Shown here: one piece after another, positions 13,885-26,800 of the stretch | How positions within the stretch are numbered: the stretch's first letter is position 1 | Layout of the letters: each line of letters starts with the position of its first letter | From: Phoronis australis | Taxonomy: Eukaryota; Animalia; Phoronida | Direction: 5' to 3' | Assembly (NCBI GenBank): GCA_002633005.1 | Contig: NMRA01000132.1 | Location: forward strand, 62,001 to 125,898 | Length of the DNA: 63,898 nt | Position numbers and translations under genes: made by a program | Notes under the pieces: model-generated | What the model was told of the DNA's origin: nothing | The model's input: the letters and a program-made list of their open reading frames with translations, nothing else | Databases searched by the model: none

Positions 13885-16800
13885 TAGGGTGAGCAAACCA
13901 AAATTTCAAGTTTAACAAAATTACATGAAGAGGCATTCAAATGAAACCCCTCATTGAGTATAATTTGCTGCTTTTTGAATTTTTAAAAACGGTTGAGGGG
14001 TTTTGATGCTACAGGCATTTTTGTCGCCCAAAAATAGGCCCTTTTTCTGGAATTCGGTGTTTAAAATTCGGAATTGTGGTCAACCAAGAGTTTAAGCTTG
14101 AATTATTTTAACAATTTAGTTTATAAACTGCTAAAAATGAGCTAACTTGTTCTTACTGTCTTGTATTTTAAGACTAATCGGCTAAATTTGTGAGAAGTTG
14201 TATCTGTGATGATTACTAAGGTGTTCAAAATTGGAAAAAAACAACTCGACTTAGTTTTTTTCTGGTTTGTGACGCTGCGTTTTTCATTCTGAGTGCAACT
14301 TCAAGACCCTATATTTTAAAAAAGGACACACATAGAACTCTGAAACTTTCAGGATGTCATAACATCATCATAGAAAGGTCACTGAAACATTAATGCTCCT
14401 GTATTACTAAATGCATATTCAAAAAAGTAATTTTAAATTTTAAAAAATCTCAAAATTGAACAATCTTGTAGAATCGGCAACTTTNACCTGTGATAATTAC
14501 TAAGGTGTTCAAAATTGGAAAAAAACAACTCGACTTAGTTTTTTTCTGGTTTGTGACGCTGTGTTTTTCATTCTGAGTGCAACTTCAAGACCCTATATTT
14601 TAAAAAAGGACACACATAGAACTCTGAAACTTTCAGGATGTCATAACATCATCATAGACAGGTCACTGAAACATTAATGCTCCTGTTTAAGTAAATGCAT
14701 ATTCAAAAAAGTAATTTTAAAATTTAAAAAATCTCAAAATTGAACAATCTTGTAGAATCGGCAACTTTTCACGATTTATTGAATGTATTTTGCTATATAT
14801 CAAAAACCGTTACAGATTTTTGCCTAATTCTTTTTTTACCATGTTGTTCTAACACTCAGACATCATGTCAACACCTATAACAGGACATTAAATTTGAAAA
14901 ACTTATTAGAATTTGAAATTGAAAAACCTATGAAAATTATAAAATTTTGACGTTTGCGGCATGTATGACGTAATATCTCAAAAACCGTACAAAATTTTTG
15001 CCTAATTTCTTTTCCTATGTCACTACTAACTCTCAGTCATCACTTTGACACCTAACACAGCTCATTGAATTGGAAAATAAATAAAAAAATTGAAAATAAA
15101 CTCATGAAAAACCATTGCTTTTTAATGTCCTCGGGTGCGCATTTTGCCATAACTCCAAAATCCTCCAAGATTGCTCTAATTTAAGTCTGTAGAACTAAAT
15201 GCTCTACCACCATATCAACACCTAAGCATTTCACTTTTCTGTAAATAGTTCATAGTCCAAATACCAAATCTACTCTTAACTCCACAAAATGAAAATAGAC
15301 ATCCTGAGTTCCATTTTCGTACGTTTTGCTTTTAAGTAAACTATTAACTGATCTTNTTTCACTTTTCTGTAAATAGTTCATAGTCCAAATACCAAATCTA
15401 CTCTTGACTCCACAAAATGAAAATAGACATCCCGAGTTCCATTTCCGTACGTTTTGCTTTTAAGTAAACTATTAACTGATCTTGTTTAACTGCTATGTGT
15501 GCCAATGTGTCTACTTTAGTGTTGTTTTTAGTATTATGTTCTGTACTTATGTTGTATTAGAGTTGCAGTTGAATAAGTATTGGTTTTCATCATAAAAATG
15601 GCTTACACAGGGAACCGATGTGATCAAACATTCGAAGAACACTAAGAGGTAGGGATAGTCCTGTCAGTAATGATTGGTTCTAATTCACAGTTACCTGCTA
15701 AGTTGGAAGGTTCTGACAGTCACAGTCATTCAGTCACAATAACAACTAAATCTCATTGATGACAACAACAATTTCATTAAATTATTAGCAACATAGTTCA
15801 AGAATTATTGGAATAAAATCCACCCGACACCAACCCAACTGTATTGTGGGTTTGTAATGAGTACCTCAAGAAGTGATCGTCGTAGATTGAACATGTTTTG
15901 TATTTTGTAACGAACCATATGTCTAATTGTTTCAATCTATTTGCAGGGTTTGATATATTGTTTGGCTTTCACTGAAAAAATAATGAGCATGTCTCTACAG
16001 TATGATGTACAACTGGCCCATATATTGCTACAGGATGGAGTGGTCCCTCGAACACGTGGATCCTCAACACCGTCATCCTCTTCTGCTTCATCACCATTAT
16101 TCGTCTCATACTCAGTCAACCTCCTCCAAGTCGTCCAAGAGCTCAAACAAGCACATTGCCGCCATAGATGCCATAGCTTATCATATTTTGGTGTAGCGTT
16201 ATACTTTGAAACACGTCTATGAATTTCTGGTAACATAAAGGTGTTTCACACGATTGCTGAGGACAATAGGGACATCGACACTTGGAAATGAGGTGGCTGA
16301 GAGGAATGTCGCTTGCATAGTTGCCAACATTCAGAATGAAAAACCACCAGGAACATGCGTATCTAGGCCATACTGCAAGGGAGAAAGGTCTGCTGCAATA
16401 AACATCCAGAAATANNNNNNNNNNNNNNNNNNNNNNNNNNNNNNNNNNNNNNNNNNNNNNNNNNNNNNNNNNNNNNNNNNNNNNNNNNNNNNNNNNNNNN
16501 NNNNNNNNNNNNNNNNNNNNNNNNNNNNNNNNNNNNNNNNNNNNNNNNNNNNNNNNNNNNNNNNNNNNNNNNNNNNNNNNNNNNNNNNNNNNNNNNNNNN
16601 NNNNNNNNNNNNNNNNNNNNNNNNNNNNNNNNNNNNNNNNNNNNNNNNNNNNNNNNNNNNNNNNNNNNNNNNNNNNNNNNNNNNNNNNNNNNNNNNNNNN
16701 NNNNNNNNNNNNNNNNNNNNNNNNNNNNNNNNNNNNNNNNNNNNNNNNNNNNNNNNNNNNNNNNNNNNNNNNNNNNNNNNNNNNNNNNNNNNNNNNNNNN

Positions 16801-17544
16801 NNNNNNNNNNNNNNNNNNNNNNNNNNNNNNNNNNNNNNNNNNNNNNNNNNNNNNNNNNNNNNNNNNNNNNNNNNNNNNNNNNNNNNNNNNNNNNNNNNNN
16901 NNNNNNNNNNNNNNNNNNNNNNNNNNNNNNNNNNNNNNNNNNNNNNNNNNNNNNNNNNNNNNNNNNNNNNNNNNNNNNNNNNNNNNNNNNNNNNNNNNNN
17001 NNNNNNNNNNNNNNNNNNNNNNNNNNNNNNNNNNNNNNNNNNNNNNNNNNNNNNNNNNNNNNNNNNNNNNNNNNNNNNNNNNNNNNNNNNNNNNNNNNNN
17101 NNNNNNNNNNNNNNNNNNNNNNNNNNNNNNNNNNNNNNNNNNNNNNNNNNNNNNNNNNNNNTTTATCTCCGATTTCAAATTGGTTCACCCTGACAAAAAT
17201 GCAGAATTTTATGCAGTTTAAAATGATATATTAATCAGCGAATTTCATTCACGGACTGCAATGCTACGCCCGAAAATCCGACCCCCACTGAGCTGTCACA
17301 AAATTTTACGGAAGTGACGAAAATGCGTGTGTAAGCCATTTTTAGTCAAAAATTTTAGTATTTCATTTAGGATGAGTGAATGTGTGTTGGACATGCATGG
17401 AAAGACGAAGAATCAGTGTTTATCATCATATCAATTTTATTCTTATCGAGTAATGATAAAAAGAGATATGACAGTTTGAAAATCTAGAAAAATGGCCGAT
17501 TTTGTCGATTCCAGAAAATCGGCCATTATGGTTTGCTCACCCTA
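13885..17544. mobile_element. TIR DNA transposon (hAT- or P-like), decayed, with a gap of about 750 N
   Basis: 16-bp TIR TAGGGTGAGCAAACCA / TGGTTTGCTCACCCTA; TCAGAAG directly repeated at 13878-13884 and 17545-17551; interrupted coding-like sequence at about 15600-16413. Confidence 0.75.
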
Positions 17545-17593
17545 TCAGAAGTGCCGATTTTGCATTTTTTGCCCTTATTTTTCTTAGTTCAGC

Positions 17594-17701
17594 CGCAGGC
17601 GTCCTCAGCTTCTGATCGTCCCCAATACACTACATATAATACTACAACAATAGTATTATATGTAGTGTATTGGGGACGATCAGAAGGTGAGGACGCCTGT
17701 G
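17594..17701. mobile_element. Palindromic mini-MITE, 108 bp, copy 1
   Basis: Near-perfect hairpin with about 50-bp arms (CGCAGGCGTCCTCAGCTTCTGATCG...); 8-bp TSD AGTTCAGC (17586-17593, 17702-17709). Confidence 0.85.
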
Positions 17702-19446
17702 AGTTCAGCTTGGTTTCCACTGGTGAAAAAAAAGGGTCAAAAATACAAGAGAGTACAAAGTTTCTGTGCTCATCTGTAGGTCTTGTGATGTGAAATGACT
17801 CAAAACTTTTCTTTATTTGCATGCAGTTTTTGACAGAGTGAAGCCGAAAGGGTGAAGAGTCCATTGACGTGTGTTCTGATAGGAAAATCCCAATGAGAAC
17901 TGTTCAGTGCCTCCTTATTCCGACGGAACGAAAAGAGTTAATTTGTTGAACTGACGATCCCCGGAAGTAGCGCTGTTCTCGATCAGAGCCAACAAAGGAG
18001 CATCGAATTTCACTCGGGGATTCCCATTCCCGGGAGACAGAGTCTCGTCACTCAATACTTCAGTTATATACAGGTATTGGCTTGTGTCTGAGGGTTGTCA
18101 GTCGTTCTGAAAGCGTCGAGGTGAGACCTCAACAAGCTTGAAACTTCAAAAAGTGCATGCGCCCGAACAGTGAACCCGCCTCTTGAGTTGGCTGAGTGAT
18201 CGAGTGCCGGCGCCCACCCGCGCGCCGGGACCGTCCGGCCATGAGATCTCGCCGAGAGCCTGAAACATCTCTTGACGATGTGAGGTGAGTCATTTTCTGC
18301 CACTACGATATGTTTGGCTCGCTGTGCCCCCTCGGGACCGACCTCCTGGCGGGGTCCAGTCGGCCCCTCGTACGTTTGTCGGCGGGGTGAGTGACTGGTG
18401 GATATACTGATCGATCGCCTCACTACTAACCACCAAGTACGGCTGGCTGTGCCAGTAGGCCTAGAGACGATTGTCTATTGGGACTGATACACTCTACATG
18501 GTACCCAGTCGTCTGTACTGACGTGTCGAGTAGCAGCGAAGTGACTTATACCGTGCCGTTGACCGAACCGGTAGGGGGAACAATCTGAAGCCGCGTCAGT
18601 GGCGGCGGCTAGTGTTTATTGTCGATGCGGGCCGATCCCCCTGCCCTCCCCCCCTCCTCCCCTGTCGTCTGCTACACTGCACTGTTCATGGCTCCCCACG
18701 GGCTGTGCGGCACCGATCGACGGACTTGAGTATGTATAGCCGGCCGGGCGGGTTGTATCATAGTGTCCCCGCGCTCTCCGGCCAAGCCATGCACTATAGT
18801 GCCCCGACGGGTCTGAGACGTACGAGGGATAACTTTAGTCAAGGCTAGACTGGCTCCTTATACTGGTTTTTCGATTTAATTCCCGACAAAAATTGAACCG
18901 TTCAGTGGGAAATCTCTCAAGCGAAGAGGTGGGGCCTTTAATACCTCTTCATTTCAGTGCCCTCTGAAATCGCTGTCCTCTATCTCCAGTAGGCTTATGT
19001 GCCGGGGGTATTTTGGCTTTCGGAGTAAAGAAATGGCCACGATGGTTTGTGGGTCCATTGCGGCAGAGGGAGTGTCGGGCGGCTCGTCGGACTACCCATT
19101 GCCCGGCCGGTTTCCTTGAATATTACGCTGAAGTTTAGTTTGACTCAGGCACCCCTATCTAGGGTGTTGAAGAGGGCCCCTTTAGCGTGTGGAGTGGATG
19201 ACAACTCAGCAAACTTTTCAAAGCGTTAGCTGACTGGGCCGTAACCACGGTACTGTAGACTAGACTAGACTAGAATAGGTATATAGACTTTATCGTGAGT
19301 AACCAGGTCTCTACAGCTAGACTCGATCTTCAGAGCATGCGAATGCTGGTAAACAACATGTGTTTTTGTTTTTCAGAAAACAACAATAAAATAAATGCAT
19401 CGTGCCATGTATTTCAAGGAAGCCACTACACTATATTCGTGTGGAA

Positions 19447-20544
19447 ATGGATAGGACCATATTAGCCAGATATCTCAGACTGCTTCTATGTGAGTTGATA
19501 AGCCTATGGCTTGTGGTGGCTGTTCTCGTGGTTTGGATTCTTGGTTGGACCGGGTGCCTGGGAGACTTGTCGGGCAAACTGAAAGTCATTCAAAGTTATA
19601 CTGGTCTTGTAAATTCTGCGTATGGCGTATTGAATGGTATTATTTTACTTATCATTGGTTTTAGAAGCAAGCAAAAAATAACAATGCAAGCGACTCGGGA
19701 ACGAGAATGCTCTGGTCTCGTGAGACAAAATGTGAACGCAATACGTGACAACGTGGAAGAAAATGGCGAACGACTCTCACTACTTCACAATCAAGTTGGA
19801 GAACTGTACACTGCACATGCAACCACCAGTGATCACGTGATCAGTAAAATTTCTTCTACCAACGGCATGGTGAAAAATCTGCAAGTGGAACACAGTACGT
19901 TGTTTGATAACATGAGTAAGATAATTGCTCAGAATAGAGAGCTGTTACTAGGCAACAAGAAGATTTTAGAAGTCCTCGACTCACCGACTGCACCAGTACG
20001 CGTTACCAAAGACATCATTATAAGAACTGAGCCTGAACTTATTAAAATGTGTGTTGTTGGTGATGTAATGACTGGAAAAACGTGTCTGATTCACTATTGG
20101 ACAACTAACAGATTTAAAGATCACTACAGGGCTACGATTGGTGTAGATTTTGCACTGAAGAAAGTCTCAACTGACATTGGCGAAATGAATGTGCAAGTCT
20201 GGGATATAGCTGGACAAGAACGGTTTGGAAACATGATGAAGATATATATGAAAGATGCGTTATGTCTTATAATTCTGATTGATATAACTAGGGAAGGTAC
20301 GTTAGGTGGCGCCATGAATTGGTTAAAAATGTGTCAAAAATTTAATCCTCGCATTTTCCCAGTCTTCTTGCTTAATAAGATTGACATGATCAAGAACGCC
20401 CAATTGAACCGGGAGACAATAGACGAAGCCTTGAATGGTGCTCCTTGCTTCTGGGTGTCTGCTAAAACCGGAGAAAATGTAGATCATGCAATAACATTAG
20501 CTGCTTTTGGGGCGGTGGTGCGTGCCTCTGGAAATTCAAACTGA
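19447..20544 (+). CDS. Rab32/38/29-like small GTPase with N-terminal hydrophobic (TM) segments and coiled coil; intronless CDS, 365 aa
   Basis: Uninterrupted ORF from gaaATGG. G1 GDVMTGKT, switch I YRATIGVDF, G3 WDIAGQERFGNM (the WDIAGQE variant marks the Rab32/38/29 group), G4 NKID, G5 SAK. A strong acceptor tttttgtttttcag ending at 19376 suggests an upstream non-coding exon. Confidence 0.9.
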   Translation: MDRTILARYLRLLLCELISLWLVVAVLVVWILGWTGCLGDLSGKLKVIQSYTGLVNSAYGVLNGIILLIIGFRSKQKITMQATRERECSGLVRQNVNAIRDNVEENGERLSLLHNQVGELYTAHATTSDHVISKISSTNGMVKNLQVEHSTLFDNMSKIIAQNRELLLGNKKILEVLDSPTAPVRVTKDIIIRTEPELIKMCVVGDVMTGKTCLIHYWTTNRFKDHYRATIGVDFALKKVSTDIGEMNVQVWDIAGQERFGNMMKIYMKDALCLIILIDITREGTLGGAMNWLKMCQKFNPRIFPVFLLNKIDMIKNAQLNRETIDEALNGAPCFWVSAKTGENVDHAITLAAFGAVVRASGNSN

Positions 20545-22640
20545 CCGTGTTAATTCGTTGTGTACTCCAACGTACTCTAGGCTTACTATGCCAAGTTGGA
20601 ATCAACTTTCTGATGTTTTGAAATGGCAAATTTACATTTCTTGGTTGGACCTGAGACAGGCAGCTCCACTGCAAATGGTCCCTTTTATACTAAAATCTCA
20701 TGGCGACTTTGTGAACATGGATTGCATTAGCTAATTGTATCTCACTCAACATTTAATTTATTTCAGTAAGGCTTGTTATAGATATAATCGTCACAATTTG
20801 CACTGTCTGGCTTCGAAGTAAAGCCATGAAGTGCTAATACTTAGAAAGAACATGGTTGCCGGTTTATTTTCTGGTGAAATTAGATTTCACATTTATTGTG
20901 GGAATAATTATACTATTTCATTAGGTATTCTTTGGATTATTTTGTATTTGTTTTCGTGTATGTTTTGGTAAGAGTAGAGCTCATATTATCAAATGAAATG
21001 AGTCTCCATCTTGACCAGTTATAGGGACGAGAGTCAATAGCTAAAAACTAATGTCTTAAAAAAAAAACAGAATTTAAGTCAAACACTGATTGTGAACTCC
21101 GTTCTGACCAAAGATAACTATTTTATAATTGTGACTTCTGATCGTTGCCATATTGATTTTGAATCAGAAACGGCCTCAAATTTTATGAAAAAATTAAACT
21201 GTCGCTATACACCTGGAAGTAATATGCATATTGATCCTAGCTATACACAAACAAATAAATATTTTTTGTAGAACTATTTTCTGGGATCTTTTCACGTTTT
21301 ACGAAAAACACGTACATTTCATATTAAGTATTTTCAGTAAAAGTTGACCTAAATTAGTAGCATGTGATGATTGTAAAACTTTAAAGGAGTTTATGTCAGT
21401 TCCTTACTTCACGGCGGTGGCAGCGCTCGGCGGGAGTTGATTTCAAAGCCATGTAAAAACATTTTGTTACGCAATCCCACGGTATTTAATCTTACATGTA
21501 TCTACATTTACAAACGAACTTCAAATCGAACCACGGTTTTCATGTTAGGAAGCTCGACACAAGTTAATTTAATGTTGAAATTTTAGATTATTGTTGGTCT
21601 TTGCCCACTACAAATTTGCAAAGGCGCCTTTGGTTGGCAAAAAAAATGTTGCTCTTGGGTAAAACGTTACCTCTACTTAAAATTGGTGATTGAAATCCTT
21701 TTCAAATTGGATTAACTTGCTTGCATGATGTCTGCTTTATGTTTTGAAGAATATATTTGTTTTTCCCGTAAGTATTTTTTTTTCTGAATTTTGGTTGCCT
21801 CAATTTTTAGCGGTTTGGCTTCTACACAAAAGGTTCCACCGTTGAAAGTTTTCTTTTGTGTTTTATTTTGATGCCCATCGTATTTTATATGAAATAAAAA
21901 ACTAGGATTTATCGACTTCGCTTTTATGCTATTTTAGCTTAGACAGCGTCAGATAAAAATGCGCAGTCTGTGAGCGCGTCTTTCTAAATCACCGATTACA
22001 ATACCCGCAGCTGCATCTCACTAGATGGTGATTAAGTTATGTTGTTGCGGAGATAGTGAAATACGTTTACACGATGGGAACAATCTGAGACGAGAAGTTT
22101 CTTCTTTGACAATGTCAAAGGCGCAGCCAGATACTCGCCCACTTGGATTTGCCTGTAGTTTAGCATGACGTCCCGGCAGTGAAATTTCAGTTGATGTCTT
22201 GCACAACTATCAAACTCAAAAATGCCAAGCAATTATCGACTTTTTTTCAAACTATACGATCTGTTATTTGAAAAAAAAAACACAACCAAATGTTTTAGAA
22301 GTTCAATAGCCAGTGTCTTAAAACAACGGTTGTTTGTGCCTTTTCCGTGAGAAACTGTGTCGAACTCAGACTCTGTTTGGCGGGGGGGCTGAGGGGTGAC
22401 ATCATGCCAAGCTGAGTCCGTTGGATTATTAACCTGAGGAACACTTCGGGGGGGGGGGGGTGGCAATTTAAAAACAATATTCCAGGCAGTTTTACGCTAA
22501 CATTTGGGATTCTGTTACCCCAACGCCTAAGCAAGCCTAAGTCAGACCGTAATAGGCTATAACCCGTTCTCAATCGATCCACTGATGCTCGTGGCGTAGC
22601 CGCGATGCTGAAGGAAACCTATTAGGCAATTTCTCTAATA

Positions 22641-23287
22641 ATGCATCGATTTTAAAAATTCAAAGACGGCTGCTAGGCCCATATATTTTTCAATTTTAAA
22701 AACACTGAGTCATGTTGTTGGCCATTTTTTGCCTTACCAGTTTTTCCGACGTTTTTGACTTTGGAACTCATACGCTAAACACTTGCCTATAAAGCGTAAC
22801 ACTTCAGGCTTGCCTGTGTGGTAACCAACTTGGAAAGCAGTTTTCAACCTGTACAATTAAACTTGGCAGAGCATTATTTTGTTTCACTGAGAAAGAACTC
22901 GATGGTAAGGTCATTTTTAATATATAATCGCCCGAAAACCGCACTATATTAGGCAAATCTTAATACGTCAGTATAACAGCCCGGGATTTACATGCAAGTG
23001 CAGACGAGAAAGCGTGCACTATTTACCCCACCGTCCAGCGAAATCCTCGGCTCAGCATAGGCTTGATGGCGCCCGTCACGGACTGAGCTAGTCGCTAATG
23101 ATGGGTATGGCTAGTGAACGACGGTGTTGGATGACATCGACAATTGCGGTCCGACGGTCGTAAACCGCCCCTAACAGCGCACGAGTTTCAAAATCAAAAA
23201 AAGAGCAATAAGTAAGGCAATTGAACGACCAGCATGACTATTGTAAAGCAAATAGTGCTCGTCTTTGAATTTTTAAAATCGATGCAT
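22641..23287. mobile_element. MITE with 28-bp TIRs and TA TSD
   Basis: TA|ATGCATCGATTTTAAAAATTCAAAGACG ... CGTCTTTGAATTTTTAAAATCGATGCAT|TA, a perfect inverted pair. Confidence 0.75.
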
Positions 23288-23513
23288 TAGAATTAGCGAC
23301 TCGGGCATCCTACACTACACTTAGCCCTCAACTTTTCATTGCAATTCAAGGTAAGTGTCACTGTGCTCGAGTACACATGGTTCATGCATATGGGTTTCCA
23401 GTCCCATTTCGCAATTGACGAACCCTGTAGACTCAAGCTACCGAAACTTGAGAAAAAAAATATGAATTCGAGTTTACTGACTCAAGAAGCCGGGCTGGAT
23501 ACATACACGTACC

Positions 23514-23610
23514 CACAGGCGTCCTCAGCTTCTGATCGTCCCCAATACACTACATATAGTAGTATTATATGTAGTGTATTGGGGACGATCAGAAGCTGAG
23601 GACGCCTGTG
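23514..23610. mobile_element. Palindromic mini-MITE, 97 bp, copy 2
   Basis: Same arms as 17594-17701, termini CACAGG...CCTGTG; 8-bp TSD CACGTACC (23506-23513, 23611-23618). Confidence 0.85.
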
Positions 23611-23813
23611 CACGTACCGGTACTCGAGCATAAATTATTAGACACTCTTCTTGAATTCGCACAAAAGTAGAATTGAAAATCCCAGTGAATAATTCGATTC
23701 GATTTTGAGTAAAACGATGAGACCCCTGCCAAACAGAAGTCCTTCCCAGTCATGGATTGTCCGATTTTAAAAATTCGAAATCATTTTATCCTCAGAACAA
23801 GTTACAGGACAAA

Positions 23814-26800
23814 ATGGCGACTGCCAGGATGTTTTGCTTGAGTCGTTCTTCGGGTAAGTAACCAAGTACAAGGAAAGTGAACTGCATAAAGTCGTGTATA
23901 TTCGGTATTTGGCATTTCTGTTCTACTTGAATATAAGGCCAACAAACGAAAAACTCTATCAGCTGAGTGAGGGCGATGTCACTGACAGTTTGAGTGCCAT
24001 AGGCATTAGGCATTAGGGCATTGCCACTTAGCAGGTTAACGGGTTAACGTCATAACTTCTGAAGCCAGAAACATGCCAAGAATTGGTACGATGACACTTG
24101 GCTTATCTCAAAATCCAGCTACTGTCTGTTTGCTTGGTAGTTGACCCAGTTATGTTGCACACACGACAGAATTAACGAGGAGCATAATATTGCTACAGTA
24201 TCACAAAGATTTCGGACAAATCTCAAACCTATGTTCTTCATTAGGTCTCGTGATGTGACCAACAGGTGGCGTGCAAACCAGACTTAAAATGTTTGGAATC
24301 TATATTTCCACACCAGTTCAAGATTTGCATATTACAGCGTTATAGTATGCAAAATTTATGGGTTGTAATGGTCACATTTCTTTTCTAATTTTTAAAATTC
24401 GAAAACCTAATCACATGTCCTTTTCTCAACTATTCAAATATGCTAATTAAAAACATTCAAAGTGCAAATTTAAAATGCTATTGTTGCCCTCCGCGTGTTA
24501 GTGATGGGTATGATTATCTAGAGAACGATGTTGTCAGCAACCTGAAGCGAAGTAATTAACTGAACAGCTTGGTGTCTTTGATCACTGCGGAAGATTTCGT
24601 GGTGTGCAAACTGTTCGAGTTGACCAATATTTACCGGTGAGGATGTTAACGTAGGATTCTTTTCATGTAACATAAGCGTAGTAAAGGGTCAATTTTGCGG
24701 TGCGTACCGATAGGAAGTAGGTAAAGAGGGAGAAGATCGCCCTTAATTAAATGATCTGGGCTGGGATTCTCCTCAGTATCCCGGTTGAGGGCATTCATAT
24801 GGCCTTGATCTGAAGTAGTAACAACCAGGTGTTCATCCAGGATTTCAAAAATAGGGCGTCCAAAATGGGTTTCCCAATTTCTCAGGGAATTCATGACCAG
24901 TGTTTCTGTAACCCCAAGTCAAGTTGCTGTTTAAGTGTGAGATATATAGAGCCATGATTCTGCACTAAATTTTTGTATCTTACATGTTGTGTTTTGATCT
25001 GGTGAGGCCAACGAACTAATAGAGCTGTTGCTAGCATGTTAAGATACAGCCATACTTACTTGCTGACTTTAGTTGGGTGCCCAAATACTGAATAGGGCGA
25101 TCTAACCACTGTAGGGTGTTTCTATGCAGCACAGCACCAATCAGGTCAAACTTAAATCACAAACTTCAAACTAGAGCAAATCAAATTAGGGGCGATGAAT
25201 CTGCCTTTTGAAGCAATCGATCAGCTCCATTCTTATGTACATGTAATTAAGAACTTTTGCTAAACAAACCAAGGATTCCTCCCTGAAACATGAACCAACA
25301 CACATTGTTTATCAAAGTTGACGCTGTATAAAGTAACAGTTGAACAGATGACAAAGTTTCCTTTAGGTGTTGATACCAGTATAAAATGCTGTAATCCATT
25401 TGGTACTTAATTTAAGAAAAACAGAAAGAATATTTTCGTGTATCCTTCTGTGAATGACACTTTACTTGTGCTGCCACACCCTGCACAGTGGTTCTACTGG
25501 GTTTGACTTTTGAAATACCAGATGACTGACTGGTTGATTAAAGTCCGCTCCCTTAAAAATTCGCCCATCACTTGAATATGAGTTGACTTTTTCCGATGGA
25601 AATTAGGCACTGATGGGTGACCTAAGTCAGATGGTACACTTTAAAACATGAGAGTTCAACACCACATAAGGTGGAACCGAGAGGCCTTGGTGATGTCAGA
25701 GTTAATTAGATCATGTGTCATGCTTAAGTTGACTTGGCTGCGGTGGTTGGAAGTTCCCCCATACGTAGCCGAAAACCATCAGAGTTAAATGAAAATGTTT
25801 AATTTATAAACTCTTGCAATAGATATTCAAACAGACATGAAGAAAGTCAGTACTGAATTAATATCGTAGCAACATTATACAGCGACATGTGTTGATTGTA
25901 AAAATGCTTATTCGTAACACAACAGGTGGCGCTGGTTCGAGACTGCCTAAACATGTGTTGGTGCATTCCACGGTATTTGTGCCATGGACTTAAAAATTTC
26001 AAATCAGCCTTTTAACTTTCATTTTGATGTTTACACATAGTTTAATCATTGAATTTTGTTGTCTGCAGGTCCATTTTCTGTTAGTCTTAGAAATTTTGCT
26101 TTTATCGGAAGGTTTATCTCTTATTTGTAAAATTTTGCGTTACAGATGTGACATAACTTTTTTCATAATTTTTTCTACAGACATGAAGAAATAAATGCCA
26201 AAATTGTTTTAATATATCATTTGCTACACAAGAAGTATACTAACAGTTGAAACTACCTGATTTTTTGATAATTAGTATTTCCAATTAAACTTTCAAATTA
26301 GTGAAAGTCACATCTGTAACATTTAAGTAACAAAAGTTTTGATTTTAGGAAAAAAAGTAAATCAATTTTAACACAATTTAATTTTCTCTTTATTCACCCT
26401 AATCAACATAATTTAGCAAAATTTCTCAAATGTATCTCAATCCAGTTCCAAAAAAATCAAAAAACATTTCAAGTCACATCTGTAACAGTTTGTTACAGAT
26501 GTGACATGATGTAAGAAATGTGACCATCTTTTGCAGCCACTAAGTAAAGATTTACTTTTCATGACTCAATTTTTAAAAGGTTTGTATGATTAATTTGAAC
26601 AAATATCTATGAAGAATTGTTAAAGCCACTGTTAATCATCTACTGAGCCAAGTACTCCCCGTTTAGCGATAGTTCACGGCTAACAGTAACGTCGACACAC
26701 ACTGCGGTGAAGAACACATGCACTGAAGGTCCCCTTCATTCACTATAGCAACCAGCTGAAAAATCCACAAACTTCACCCAAAGCACAAGCTGAAAATCCG

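Noticed and set aside
8590-15484. Further near-identical duplications abutting single Ns at 9100, 14485 and 15356 (also 61041)
   Set aside because: Same scaffold-join signature; treated as assembly artefacts.
12777-17234. Long ORFs in the track
   Set aside because: They run through N gaps.
17594-23610. Composite transposon formed by the two hairpin MITEs carrying the Rab-like gene
   Set aside because: Each MITE has its own distinct TSD, so they inserted independently.
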